Source: a virus (taxonomy: Duplodnaviria > Caudoviricetes). Taken from it: a stretch of 64,000 bases of DNA. Positions 1-9,839 of this stretch are shown one piece after another. The stretch is taken from the IMG/VR virus record IMGVR_UViG_3300028833_003520. One strand, given 5' to 3'. A program made the position numbers and the translations under genes. Every line of letters starts with the position of its first letter. Positions within the stretch are counted from its first letter, which is position 1. The notes under the pieces are model-generated. The model saw only the letters and a program-made list of their open reading frames with translations. It had not been told where the DNA came from and did no database searches.

Positions 1-2
1 AG

Positions 3-1298
3 TATGCAACATCTGTTAAGACGATGGTTGGTGTCGCAGGTAAATCTTCACAGCGTGGTATGAAAGCACTCCGTAACGCTTGCCCTCAAGCCGTTTTGGA
101 GATGACATACCCTGTTACGCAGGGACTTCTGCAGGCAAAACACGACCCTGTTGACGCAAGGCAGAAGTACGCTACGGTTATGGACTCTGTAAGGTCGCTC
201 TGGAAGGGTTATAAACTGAATTTAGTTCAGGTTGATATGCTTGACGAAAATGGTCATAAACTCTATGACGAAAACGGTGATACCCGTAAGACAGAGATTT
301 ATGTCAAGGAGTATGACGATAATCATCAGCCTGTAAGAGCAACAAAAGAAGAGTTTATGGAACAGATGAAAGCCATTTATAGCCGTAAGGATATGCTTAA
401 TGTTGCTATAAACGATGACTACGTTAAAGAGGTTGCTGATAATCTCGTTGGTTCTGATGGACTTATGAGGAGTGTCGAAGACCCCGATGTAGGAAGTCCT
501 ATGGACAGACTTGCATATAAGAACGCAGATGTTCGTGCTATCGACCTTCTTGACGATATGGCAAAGAAGGGTGAGAGTATCTTTGATGGTAAGTACAATC
601 TCGGATTTGCTCCGAGAGCAGTAATGCGTAACATCAATAGAGAGTATCACAATATCAATGCTCGACCTGGCGAGCAGATTAGGGAACTTGATATTATTGC
701 AAAGAAGGACACTCTGGATAAGAAGGGTACTTCGAAGCCTGTTTATAATCAGGAAGATGTAGAGTTCCGTAAGTCAAAAATCGCCGAATTCGTGGCAGCG
801 AAGAGGAAGGTCAGAGAGTTGAACCTCGCATCTAACGGTAAGTATGTCATTTCTGTTGTTCCGACAGAGGACGGTATTGAATCTGAAGATGGTATGAGAG
901 GCTCTGAAGGTGTTAAAACGGTGAAGGATGTCAATTCTTTTATCGGTAAACACGCAAGGGACGGTGCCGTTACTTTCGAAGATGAGGGAACGACTTTCGC
1001 ATTTACACCAACGAATATCCGTTTGGTTGAGAAAGACGAACCTTATGAGACGAGGGATGGCAAACAAGCCGTTACACCTGCTAATTCTGTAGTAGTTACC
1101 TATGGTAACCCCGACTCTGATTACAGTTACGAGTATCGTTTTACTGTAAAAACAAGAGACGGACAGATTGTAAAGCCGAATATGGCACAGGTAAAGATGG
1201 CGATGAATTCGGAAGATACTCCTCCTGTCAACGGTAGGCGAACAATTGAGACTCCTGACGAGACTCCTAATAAGGATGTTGAGGGTAAAATTCCTTGA
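3..1298 (+). CDS. 5'-truncated large protein; putative C-terminal part of a two-barrel (beta'-like/single-subunit) RNA polymerase
   Basis: Frame is open to the window edge (YATSVKT precedes the ORF-track Met). ATSVKTMVGVAGKSSQR resembles the beta' bridge helix (DTALKTANSGYLTRR) and EMTYPVTQGLLQAKH the trigger helix (IGEPGTQLTMRTFH). No catalytic DxDGD is visible in the window. Confidence 0.42.
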   Translation, partial: YATSVKTMVGVAGKSSQRGMKALRNACPQAVLEMTYPVTQGLLQAKHDPVDARQKYATVMDSVRSLWKGYKLNLVQVDMLDENGHKLYDENGDTRKTEIYVKEYDDNHQPVRATKEEFMEQMKAIYSRKDMLNVAINDDYVKEVADNLVGSDGLMRSVEDPDVGSPMDRLAYKNADVRAIDLLDDMAKKGESIFDGKYNLGFAPRAVMRNINREYHNINARPGEQIRELDIIAKKDTLDKKGTSKPVYNQEDVEFRKSKIAEFVAAKRKVRELNLASNGKYVISVVPTEDGIESEDGMRGSEGVKTVKDVNSFIGKHARDGAVTFEDEGTTFAFTPTNIRLVEKDEPYETRDGKQAVTPANSVVVTYGNPDSDYSYEYRFTVKTRDGQIVKPNMAQVKMAMNSEDTPPVNGRRTIETPDETPNKDVEGKIP

Positions 1299-1353
1299 CA
1301 TATGAGGAAATTCGTGATAGTTTTTAACTATCCGAGAATAAGAAAGTCACACT

Positions 1354-1397
1354 AAATCGGAATCTTTATTCTTCGGAAAAAGGTTCCGATTTTTCTT
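1354..1397 (+). terminator. Intrinsic terminator
   Basis: AAATCGGAATCTTT...AAAGGTTCCGATTT hairpin with TTCG loop, followed by a T-tract. Confidence 0.75.
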
Positions 1398-1405
1398 GTT
1401 ATCTG

Positions 1406-1434
1406 TTGACTTTCTCCATATATGGTGTTATATT
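1406..1434 (+). promoter_or_regulatory. Sigma-A promoter with CCATATATGG palindrome (copy 1)
   Basis: TTGACT-17bp-TATATT, TG extended -10, palindrome at 1416-1425. Confidence 0.85.
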
Positions 1435-1484
1435 GACTTTAGTTAATATAGAGCAATACTGTTTGCTTGAAAGGAGATACAGTA

Positions 1485-2501
1485 ATGGCAAATTATCCTG
1501 ATGGTATGTCCAGAGAAGAGTATGAGAAGGCTATGGCTGAAATAATGGCAGAACAAGGCGATACTGCTCCTACTCAGGACGAGATAGATGGTATGGCAGA
1601 GCAACATCACGTCGATTCGATAATGCGTGCTCCTGCAGATTTCGATACAACAAACGATAAAGAGAATTTTGAGCGACTCATTTATGATGTCGGTGTTCAT
1701 TATGATAGTATCAAGTTTGGTGAGTTCGAGAGATGGAATTCAAACGAAACTCAAGACTCTGTAAACGAAGTTCTTGCAAATCGTCTTGTTAATTTCTCTA
1801 AATCTTGGGACCTTTATGGTCACAGAGATGCTTATGATACAGACGAAGAAGCATTTGAGGATATGCGTAAATCCGTTGAGGATTTAGACCAGTTAAAGAA
1901 TATTCACGAGAACCTCTGTGAAGATTTCGAGAATGCTTTTGATACTCCGTCGAAGTGGGTAGATATGATTAAGAGGTCAGATGACCTTTATAATAAACAA
2001 TATGGCGAGATGCCGAAGGAGACAACTATGGTGAATAATGATTACCCTTTAGATAAAAACGGTCAGTTTACTTTCGACTTTACGAAGGAAGTAGCAGAGA
2101 AGTCTGCACCCGAACCGCAGAAAAGTCTTGATGGCAAGACTGCACATAAGATTACTGAAGCGGAAGCAAGGGAGCGTATTGCCCAAGGAGAGTTTTCAAC
2201 TGATGTTGAGCCTTTTATGAGCGACGAAGAGAAGAGCAATGCACTTCTCAGGGAGCAGGAAGAGGCAGAAGACCGTGCTTGGGAAAGACAGCAGGAAGAA
2301 CAGATGAAGAAGGGTAATCAGGATGCTACTGTTAAGCCCACGAACGATTTTAAGCCGTTCAAACCGAGGAGACTTCCTAACGGTGTCACTCAGTACAATG
2401 GTTTCCAAGAGAATGAGAAGGGTGAACTTGTTGATGACGGATTCAGTTTCGAAGAGTATGACAAGGAACCCGAAGACGAGAACGGCGGTCTTGGTGAGTA
2501 A
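1485..2501 (+). CDS. Acidic hypothetical protein with RRLP...LGE C-terminal tail
   Basis: AAGGAG RBS before ATG 1485; ends KPRRLPNG...GGLGE. Confidence 0.85.
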   Translation: MANYPDGMSREEYEKAMAEIMAEQGDTAPTQDEIDGMAEQHHVDSIMRAPADFDTTNDKENFERLIYDVGVHYDSIKFGEFERWNSNETQDSVNEVLANRLVNFSKSWDLYGHRDAYDTDEEAFEDMRKSVEDLDQLKNIHENLCEDFENAFDTPSKWVDMIKRSDDLYNKQYGEMPKETTMVNNDYPLDKNGQFTFDFTKEVAEKSAPEPQKSLDGKTAHKITEAEARERIAQGEFSTDVEPFMSDEEKSNALLREQEEAEDRAWERQQEEQMKKGNQDATVKPTNDFKPFKPRRLPNGVTQYNGFQENEKGELVDDGFSFEEYDKEPEDENGGLGE

Positions 2502-2531
2502 TTAGTAAATAACGGAAGAGGGACAATAGTT

Positions 2532-4790
2532 ATGGCAGAAACTATTTTTCACGATAATCAGAAACAAGGTGCAAGTGTTCTTGGAACTGTTAAGAACGGT
2601 TACAAGCATAAGTTAACTGCTGAACAGCAGCAAGCACTTGCCGAGATGGTTAAGAAGAAGTCTGACTTACAGATGGATTATATTGATTTTCCTGCAAAAC
2701 ACGCTAAATGGGCAAGTTATGCAGATACACAGGCACAGGTTGATAAGCAGAATCGTATGTATTATGTGGCTTTGCTTGGTATCTGTGCAGTTCCTTTAAG
2801 GCACGGTGTAGATGCTCATTCGATTGCTACTTGTCTTGGTATGTATGCAGGTATTTGTATGGTTAGCCCTGGATTCAGAAAGAACATCAAGGGTATCGTT
2901 GGAGAAGTAATGCTTCCGTATTACGACCAGATACACGATATGTTCCCGAATTCTAAGTTTGCAAAACTGGTTGACAAGGTATTACCCGACAAGAATCAGT
3001 TGCTTATCGAAAAGAATTATGGAAGACTTCCGTTAACACCTGAAACTGCGGCTATGCAGAAGTTAGGGTGGATAGAGAAGGCTTACAAAGATATGCGTGA
3101 GCCTGGTGCCGATGAGGAAACTGTTATGCGTCAGTATAACGATGCTTGCAGAGCGTTAGATGACCTCTGTGAGCGTGATGGTGTTTCCAAAGAGGAAATG
3201 TCACAGAAAATGCAAGCATTTATGATGATGCGTATTCAGGAAAACCCTCAGAATGAGAGGTTTTATGCTGAATTAGATAATGGTTCTGTTACTTTGAGTA
3301 CACAGGACGTTGTTGAGGAAAACCCTGATGGTTTTGTTAGTGTTACTCGTCGTGCTATGCCGACAGAAGTTGATGGTAAGCGTGCTTATTGTTTCTATAA
3401 AGGCAAGAATACTTCTTATGATGGTGATTTTTCACCGAGAAGACCTTCTGCGGCAGAATCTCATAGCCAGAAGATGGGTGAGATTTGTCAGGACTATTGC
3501 CGTACAGTTAAGGATTACAGGGACTTGGGATATGAGTTGCAGTTAAACAATATTCAGTTCAGATTTAGAGATAATGTTGAGTTCTCGAAGTTCTGTGATG
3601 ATTTGGAGTCAGGTATTGGCGAGAACGAAGATTTTTATCGGAATAAATTTGGTATGTCCAAAGACGATTACTTGGCTGGATGCTATGACCTTGTATGTAA
3701 TGATATTACAAGTGCATCAATGGCAAGTTGGATTTTGCAGAAAGATAAGCAGTTGTCTGACCTTGTATCAAGCGAGAAATTAGATGCTTACGATAAGATG
3801 AATGTAAGTACAGAAATTCAGAAGAATTATCAGGGTATGGATATGCTTGTTAGCAAAATCAGAGAGCACGAAGCAAATAAGGCACAACTTGGCATATATG
3901 GTGCATATGCTACTCCGCTTATAGCGTCTGATGATGAGAAGAGAATATTCAATTTCGAAGAAGATACTTCTCTTAACGACGAAGAGCGTCTTATGATGCG
4001 TAATAAGGCTAATAGACAGTATCTCAAGGCTTATTCAGACGCAGTTACGAAGAGATGGCAGTACACGGCTGAGGGTGAGTATGGTAATCTTATTCACTTT
4101 GATTTTGCAACATCTGCAACTAAAGAAGAGCCGACGGCTTCTGTTCAGTTTAGTGGCAGAAACTTCTCTGATGAGAATGATGATGTATCGCCTGATTTGA
4201 ATGTTACACCTATAGATACAGCAAGCGGTGAGAAAGTTGTTCCGAAGTTTACTGAAGAAACATCTATCGAGTTTAATGATAGAGTGCTTGGTCATTTCAC
4301 TTATAGTCCGAAGGAATTTGAGTTGAAGAGCGACAAGCAAGGTCAGTATCTTTACTATATTGGTAGAGCAACTGAAGGCAGAAACATCGAGATACCGCAA
4401 GGTATTAAGTCTTGCCGTTGTATGTTTAAGGATAGACAAGATGTTGTTTCTGCACCTGAAATACCGAATGGTGTTGAGGATTGTAGTGAGATGTTTAGCC
4501 GTTCAGGAATTGAGACACCTCCGAAGATTCCTGGTACTGTTCATAATTGTCAGTATATGTTCTCTGAATGTACGAGCCTTACAAAAGTTCCTGCCGTTCC
4601 TTCATCTGTTACACAGACGAACGGTATGTTTAGTGCTTGTAAAACAAGTATTCAGAAACAGGGTGAAGATGTTATTAGGTATAGAAATAAGGAGTATGAT
4701 ATAGTTCTCGATTTGATGACTCATCAGAAGAACAATCAGAACGATATGGCAGACGATTTTGCGTCAATGTACGGTAGTTTTATCAATTAA
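2532..4790 (+). CDS. Hypothetical protein with C-terminal BspA/DUF285-like leucine-rich repeats
   Basis: 752 aa; four repeats of the form [IV]PxxVxxCxxMFxxC near the C-terminus. Confidence 0.7.
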   Translation: MAETIFHDNQKQGASVLGTVKNGYKHKLTAEQQQALAEMVKKKSDLQMDYIDFPAKHAKWASYADTQAQVDKQNRMYYVALLGICAVPLRHGVDAHSIATCLGMYAGICMVSPGFRKNIKGIVGEVMLPYYDQIHDMFPNSKFAKLVDKVLPDKNQLLIEKNYGRLPLTPETAAMQKLGWIEKAYKDMREPGADEETVMRQYNDACRALDDLCERDGVSKEEMSQKMQAFMMMRIQENPQNERFYAELDNGSVTLSTQDVVEENPDGFVSVTRRAMPTEVDGKRAYCFYKGKNTSYDGDFSPRRPSAAESHSQKMGEICQDYCRTVKDYRDLGYELQLNNIQFRFRDNVEFSKFCDDLESGIGENEDFYRNKFGMSKDDYLAGCYDLVCNDITSASMASWILQKDKQLSDLVSSEKLDAYDKMNVSTEIQKNYQGMDMLVSKIREHEANKAQLGIYGAYATPLIASDDEKRIFNFEEDTSLNDEERLMMRNKANRQYLKAYSDAVTKRWQYTAEGEYGNLIHFDFATSATKEEPTASVQFSGRNFSDENDDVSPDLNVTPIDTASGEKVVPKFTEETSIEFNDRVLGHFTYSPKEFELKSDKQGQYLYYIGRATEGRNIEIPQGIKSCRCMFKDRQDVVSAPEIPNGVEDCSEMFSRSGIETPPKIPGTVHNCQYMFSECTSLTKVPAVPSSVTQTNGMFSACKTSIQKQGEDVIRYRNKEYDIVLDLMTHQKNNQNDMADDFASMYGSFIN

Positions 4791-4803
4791 GGATGTGATG
4801 TAA

Positions 4804-5352
4804 ATGTCGAAGAAGGATTTAAGGCGAAAGTTACCACAGACTACGGGGGATGGAACTGACAATTCTAATTGGCAGGACGATTCACACGAGCAGATTTCGC
4901 TTGCAATGGGTAGTGAAGAATATAAGGAGTTCTTACACGATAATCAAATGCAGTCAAAGACTGATTTCGACGAGGTACGTCGTTTTGAGATTGCTAAAAC
5001 TCAAAAAGACAGAGTGCGTGATAAGCACAATAAGGCTACAGACCACGACGAACACGAGCGTGAGCGTACATATAACGAGGCACACGCCAAAGTTATGCGT
5101 GAAGTCGGTACTGATAAGCAGAAGAAGATGAAGACAAAGTTGAATCAGCGTCAAGCGTATGCTCATATCAAGAAGGAAGACCAGGATAGTAAAGCCGTCT
5201 CGACTGCAAGGAAAGAGGCTGAAAAGACGGAAAGTCCTGAAGATGATAAGCAAGTAAGACGCAATATGCCGAAGACTTTGGAAACACTTAAATACAATGA
5301 CGGAGTGACTGAAGATGATTATCTTCCTAAGGCACTCAGGAAATATACATAA
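4804..5352 (+). CDS. Charged hypothetical protein
   Basis: 182 aa ORF in operon; contains RRKLP near the N-terminus and RRNMPKTL near the C-terminus. Confidence 0.8.
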   Translation: MSKKDLRRKLPQTTGDGTDNSNWQDDSHEQISLAMGSEEYKEFLHDNQMQSKTDFDEVRRFEIAKTQKDRVRDKHNKATDHDEHERERTYNEAHAKVMREVGTDKQKKMKTKLNQRQAYAHIKKEDQDSKAVSTARKEAEKTESPEDDKQVRRNMPKTLETLKYNDGVTEDDYLPKALRKYT

Positions 5353-5366
5353 AGGAGAGTCATATT

Positions 5367-7346
5367 ATGGCGACAAGAGACCAGTTGGGAACCGATGCAA
5401 TTCTTACAGATGCTCAGAAGCAGTATAACAAAGAGCATCGTATGGATAATGCGAAGAAATCGGCAAATGCTGTAAAGGAGAAGATGAACGCTATTGCAGA
5501 AAGGGAATCAGAGCGTTATAACGCTCACCCTGTACTTCATCCTATGAGAAATATGCTCATTATGAAGGGTGTTCAGTATGGTGCTTCTGCAGCGATTTCT
5601 GCGGCGGCAGTTACGGCTCCTGTTGTATATGTGAATCATCGAATGAACAAGAACTTCAAACAGGAGTTCAATGGAATGGGTATGATGAAGTATGCAAAGG
5701 AATATAAGAAAGGCTATAAGAAGGCTGTTAAGGCTGGAAATATGGCTTTTGAAACCGATAAGGACTTTGGACTTACCGAAATGAAATTCGGTGAATATAC
5801 AGGTATTAAGTTACAGAAGGATTCGGAGAACTGGCGTACAACTGTCCTTTCTTGGTTTGACGCAGATGATGAGGCTCAGCGTCTTAATGACCGTGATAAC
5901 GATATAAGACGGCACGAGGCACATATGGCATTCGAGCGTGAAAAAGCCGAAGAAGAGATGCGTAAGCGTAAAGAGGAAATGCGTAAGATGGCAATTCCTA
6001 TGATGGCTTCTGAATTCTTTAGAAATCCTATGATTATTAGGCATTTGGCAGGTCTTAATTCAACTGCGGCACCTAATATGGCAGGATATGAGAATGATTT
6101 CTTCAATAATGCCGCACCGTTTACTAAGGCAGAAGCAATGCCACAGGAAAATACAGCGAAGCCACAGTCTGCTCCTGCAATGAAGGATGTTACTCCTAAT
6201 CAAGCAGATACGGCAGAGCCGATTGTTTATGGTAACGCTCCTGAAGCCAAGCCTCTGCTTGGTGCAGGTAATCAAGTAGTATCTCCGTTACCTGAATTCT
6301 GTGATGATTATCAGGTCGTGCAGATGTCTCCGCAGGTTTTGGAAGCATATACTTCTATGCAAGGCGAGTTTGCTCAAAACTCACCGCTTTATGCTCAGGC
6401 TGCATTGAGACAGCGTACAGACTGGTACGGTCTTCCCGATGGCACATTGGTTGAAGACCTTCAGACATTACAGAGTGCAATGTATTTGCAGTATATGATG
6501 GCAAATATGGCAGACGGTTCTATCACTACTATGAATGATATGGAGTGGTATCAGAACCGTTTCACAGACCATTGGACTGAGTTTGAGCAGACAGCGTTAA
6601 TGCCGAAGTATGGTGATAGGATTAAGGCATTCTATGAATCCAAGAATAAGACACCTTCAAAGGCAGAGCAGATTATGATTGATTCAAACGAGCACAAGTA
6701 TCAGGCTATTGAGCGTGGTACAGAGCCGAAGATTGCTATTGAATCTGCTCGTAAAGAGTCTTCAGTAGGTTTAGGCAGATATGCCGCAAAGACTATAGCA
6801 GATGTATTTGCAGAAGCGGCAGCAAGACATCAGTTCGAAGAGAAGGGAACTATTCCTGTTGCTATCGAACAGAAAGGCGAGGCTATCGCATTGCCTGACA
6901 ATTCTATGAAAGAGAATGATATGCCAGTAGTCGCTGTAAATAGTCTTCCTGAAAAGACGAATGATATGCCAGTAGTCGCTGTAAATAGTCTTCCTGAGAA
7001 GACGAATGAGATGCCTGTAGTGTCTGTGAATGCTCTTCCTGATAAGTCAGGTGGTATGCCTGTAGTTATCAGACCGAACGAAGCGACGGTTGAAGATAAG
7101 GATAAATCGGTAGTGGCTGAAGCAGGTGAGGATGAAGTCAAGGATGATAAGATTGGAACAACGAATGTTGGTTCAGAGAAGAAGAAAGAACATCGTAAAG
7201 TTCCTGCAGGCATAGCGGCTATAGCAAGTGAAGCAAGGAACTTGGATAAGGCATCTAACTATGTTGATGCTGTTCGTAACAGAGATGAAATGAAAGATGT
7301 TCCTGCAGTAAATGAAGCAATAAAAGATAGTGGAATGCAAATGTAA
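5367..7346 (+). CDS. Hypothetical protein with internal 15-aa repeats
   Basis: AAAGGAG RBS; 659 aa. Confidence 0.85.
   Translation: MATRDQLGTDAILTDAQKQYNKEHRMDNAKKSANAVKEKMNAIAERESERYNAHPVLHPMRNMLIMKGVQYGASAAISAAAVTAPVVYVNHRMNKNFKQEFNGMGMMKYAKEYKKGYKKAVKAGNMAFETDKDFGLTEMKFGEYTGIKLQKDSENWRTTVLSWFDADDEAQRLNDRDNDIRRHEAHMAFEREKAEEEMRKRKEEMRKMAIPMMASEFFRNPMIIRHLAGLNSTAAPNMAGYENDFFNNAAPFTKAEAMPQENTAKPQSAPAMKDVTPNQADTAEPIVYGNAPEAKPLLGAGNQVVSPLPEFCDDYQVVQMSPQVLEAYTSMQGEFAQNSPLYAQAALRQRTDWYGLPDGTLVEDLQTLQSAMYLQYMMANMADGSITTMNDMEWYQNRFTDHWTEFEQTALMPKYGDRIKAFYESKNKTPSKAEQIMIDSNEHKYQAIERGTEPKIAIESARKESSVGLGRYAAKTIADVFAEAAARHQFEEKGTIPVAIEQKGEAIALPDNSMKENDMPVVAVNSLPEKTNDMPVVAVNSLPEKTNEMPVVSVNALPDKSGGMPVVIRPNEATVEDKDKSVVAEAGEDEVKDDKIGTTNVGSEKKKEHRKVPAGIAAIASEARNLDKASNYVDAVRNRDEMKDVPAVNEAIKDSGMQM
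6915..7067 (+). repeat. 45-bp in-frame tandem repeat (~3.4 copies, NDMPVVAVNSLPEKT)
   Basis: Units start at 6915, 6960, 7005 and 7050, decaying toward the 3' end. Confidence 0.9.
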
Positions 7347-7367
7347 CCTCGTTGGTCAGTTTTTACA

Positions 7368-7411
7368 AAATAAAAATCCGTATTCTGTATAGCAGGTACG
7401 GATTTTTATTT
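7368..7411 (+). terminator. Intrinsic terminator
   Basis: AAATAAAAATCCGTA...TACGGATTTTTATTT inverted repeat after the stop codon. Confidence 0.75.
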
Positions 7412-7416
7412 GGAGT

Positions 7417-7445
7417 TTGACTTTCATTTTATATTAGTATATACT
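7417..7445 (+). promoter_or_regulatory. Sigma-A promoter
   Basis: TTGACT-17bp-TATACT, no palindrome in the spacer. Confidence 0.6.
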
Positions 7446-7545
7446 TGTTTATGAGCAGATTTTGCATTTATCTAATCATATCCACCACACGATTATCCAG
7501 GGGTTTTACAGGGGAATATGTAGAACAAAGGAGAAGACAAAGGAT

Positions 7546-7875
7546 ATGGCAAACAAGAAGAAGGTTAACCCTAAAAAGCCTTCCACAAAGGTAACGAACG
7601 GGAAAGTAACTCGTAAGATGCTCCTCAAAGAAATGGCTCGTCGAAGTGGAGCAGACAGCGAGACGACAATGGCGGTTTTCACATCAATGATAGATGTCAT
7701 TGTTGAAAATGTACGGGACGGTTCGACTGTAAGTATTACAGGATTAGGAAATTTCTATCTTCAGAAGCACAAGGGACATCCTGTGCAGTTTGAGTCCAGT
7801 ACAAACCACGTTGAGGACTATAATGTACTTAAGTTCTCGGCTTCGGATGCTTTGAATAAGAGATTAAGAGAGTAA
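7546..7875 (+). CDS. HU/IHF-family DNA-binding protein (divergent, basic N-terminal extension)
   Basis: GSTVSITGLGNF and LKFSASDAL match the HU fold; start reassigned to ATG 7546 after a purine-rich RBS. Confidence 0.8.
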   Translation: MANKKKVNPKKPSTKVTNGKVTRKMLLKEMARRSGADSETTMAVFTSMIDVIVENVRDGSTVSITGLGNFYLQKHKGHPVQFESSTNHVEDYNVLKFSASDALNKRLRE

Positions 7876-7901
7876 GATTTGCTCGGTATTACATAACACA
7901 A

Positions 7902-7939
7902 AATAGGCATTGTCGGTGTTTGATAATGCCTATTGTTTT
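7902..7939 (+). terminator. Terminator hairpin with TGTCGGTGTTTGAT cap (copy A)
   Basis: AATAGGCAT-cap-ATGCCTATT then GTTTT. Confidence 0.7.
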
Positions 7940-7962
7940 GCTTTCATAAAATAGTGAAAATG

Positions 7963-8003
7963 CTCATAAATGAGTTGATTTACGGTATTTTGTATGTTAT
8001 AAT
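7963..8003 (+). promoter_or_regulatory. Sigma-A promoter with adjacent CTCAT-AA-ATGAG dyad
   Basis: TTGATT(7975)-17bp-TATAAT with TG; dyad at 7963-7974. Confidence 0.6.
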
Positions 8004-8041
8004 TGCATTCGTAAAGATGTTGTTTTAGAAAGGAAATTTGT

Positions 8042-8785
8042 ATGAAAAAGACAAATCAGCCAATTTCAGAAGATGCTAAGTCATCTTCTATCTCTAAATC
8101 TCTTGTTGCTTTAATTGTAATTGCCGTAGCCGTTGTAGGTGTTGGTGTTGGTTTATTTATTAAGATTCAGAATGACCAGAATAAAGCCATTGCTCTCAAT
8201 GAAGCAGGTTTTCCTGTAAATGGTGAGACAATTCCTTCTGAATATCTTGATGCTGCTCACGGAATCGTTGAGAGTAGAGTAACAACACCGCCTCTTCGTG
8301 ATTATTCACTTACTATCCCCAGTGATGGTGATATGGAATTCGAGTTCAAAGATTCTTATGCTTACGGAACCATTGATTATATCGGTTCAAGCGATGTTTA
8401 TGAGCACGTAATCGGTACAGGTAATACATATATCCACTATAAGATGGTTATGACGTTAAGTGACGTTTATGCTTTGAATATAGGCACTGCATCATTTGTT
8501 TTTAATGATACATCAAGGAGTGGAGATGTTAAAATCAGAGTAAACGACGGGGATTGGGTCAATCCTTCGGAGTGTGCTGATTTACGAAGTGGTGATGTTG
8601 TTGAAGTTCTGATTTATACGGATAAGATTGATGATGTTTTCACTATTTATTGGGCATCTCCTGATGGTACACAGACAGCAACAATCGTACCTGAGACTGT
8701 TGCAGGACCTTCTAATGAAACAGCAGAGCCTAATGAAACTTCAACTACTGAAACCGCCGAATCGACGGAAGGAGATAAAGGTTAA
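8042..8785 (+). CDS. Membrane-anchored hypothetical protein
   Basis: Single N-terminal TM helix (LVALIVIAVAVVGVGVGLFI); T/E-rich tail. Confidence 0.8.
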   Translation: MKKTNQPISEDAKSSSISKSLVALIVIAVAVVGVGVGLFIKIQNDQNKAIALNEAGFPVNGETIPSEYLDAAHGIVESRVTTPPLRDYSLTIPSDGDMEFEFKDSYAYGTIDYIGSSDVYEHVIGTGNTYIHYKMVMTLSDVYALNIGTASFVFNDTSRSGDVKIRVNDGDWVNPSECADLRSGDVVEVLIYTDKIDDVFTIYWASPDGTQTATIVPETVAGPSNETAEPNETSTTETAESTEGDKG

Positions 8786-9378
8786 TGAAGGAGTCAGTTA
8801 TCAAAACCGTATATATTGCTTTTATCACAGTTTTGTTTGCGATAGCCTGTGTTATAGGCGGAATGTGTATAAGATATAATCGCATACCTGAAGCAATGGT
8901 AATTATCGGTTCATCACTGGTTGTCTTTTTGGTTTCAATGTTTCTACTGTTCACTCAAAAGAGTGCCGACAAGAAACTTGAAGAAGCAAAACTGATGGCT
9001 GAAGCAGGCGATTTTCTTATGAAGTCGAATGGTTGGATTACTCAGTTGACAGATGCAACTACTTTTGAACCTCGTCTTGCTTGTGGTAATGGAAGTATTG
9101 TTTTTCATAAGAACGGTTTCTTTATTTACGTTAATGAACAGTATGGTCAGAAAATCAATTACAGAGATTACTTAAGTTATGACGATATAACGGATGTGTA
9201 TGAGGATAACTTTGTTTACGACGGTGAAGAACAGATATATTTATGTATCAAAGTTGATGGTAAGACAATTCGCTTGACGATTGACTCGCAACTTAAACTG
9301 ATGGCAACTGAGGATATCTTAAACAAGCAGACAAACTATAGGTTTGATGAAGGCGAAGAGAAAGAAGACGACTCTTGA
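8785..9378 (+). CDS. Two-TM membrane protein
   Basis: Two hydrophobic helices then a soluble domain; TAATG coupling. Confidence 0.8.
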   Translation: MKESVIKTVYIAFITVLFAIACVIGGMCIRYNRIPEAMVIIGSSLVVFLVSMFLLFTQKSADKKLEEAKLMAEAGDFLMKSNGWITQLTDATTFEPRLACGNGSIVFHKNGFFIYVNEQYGQKINYRDYLSYDDITDVYEDNFVYDGEEQIYLCIKVDGKTIRLTIDSQLKLMATEDILNKQTNYRFDEGEEKEDDS

Positions 9379-9433
9379 GTCGAGCGTACTCTGTCGCTAT
9401 AATAATTGTGGTATCAACTCATTTATGAGTTGA
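9375..9433 (+). promoter_or_regulatory. Promoter plus 20-bp dyad TCAACTCAT-TT-ATGAGTTGA upstream of the HU gene
   Basis: TTGAGT-17bp-TATAAT (9375-9403); dyad at 9414-9433. Confidence 0.6.
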
Positions 9434-9459
9434 AATAAATAAACAAAGGAGAAATCAAA

Positions 9460-9744
9460 ATGAACAAAGGTGAACTTTTTGACGCAGTATTTGAGGCGAC
9501 CGCAAAAGATGGTGGCTCCAAGGCGGCAAATGACAGAAAGGTACAGGCTGTACTTGATGTTATCGCAAAGACAGTAGCAAGTGGTGAGGAAGTTGCTATT
9601 GCAAACTTCGGAACATTCAAGCCTGTAAAGAGAGCCGCAAGAAAATCTCGTAATGTTCTGACAGGCGAGACGATTCAGGTTCCTGAGAAGATTGTTCCTA
9701 AATTCACACCTGGTAAGGCTTTCAAAGAGTCTGTGAACAAGTAA
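9460..9744 (+). CDS. hup: DNA-binding protein HU
   Basis: MNKGEL, GEEVAIANFGTF, RAARKSRN..TGETIQVP, PKFTPGKAFKE. Confidence 0.92.
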   Translation: MNKGELFDAVFEATAKDGGSKAANDRKVQAVLDVIAKTVASGEEVAIANFGTFKPVKRAARKSRNVLTGETIQVPEKIVPKFTPGKAFKESVNK

Positions 9745-9839
9745 TCTTTCTAATAACAAATCTTTATGAGTGCTCGTTTATGTGTTATATTCGATATATC
9801 CATAAATGAGCATTTCATTAGAAAGATAGGAGCGATATT

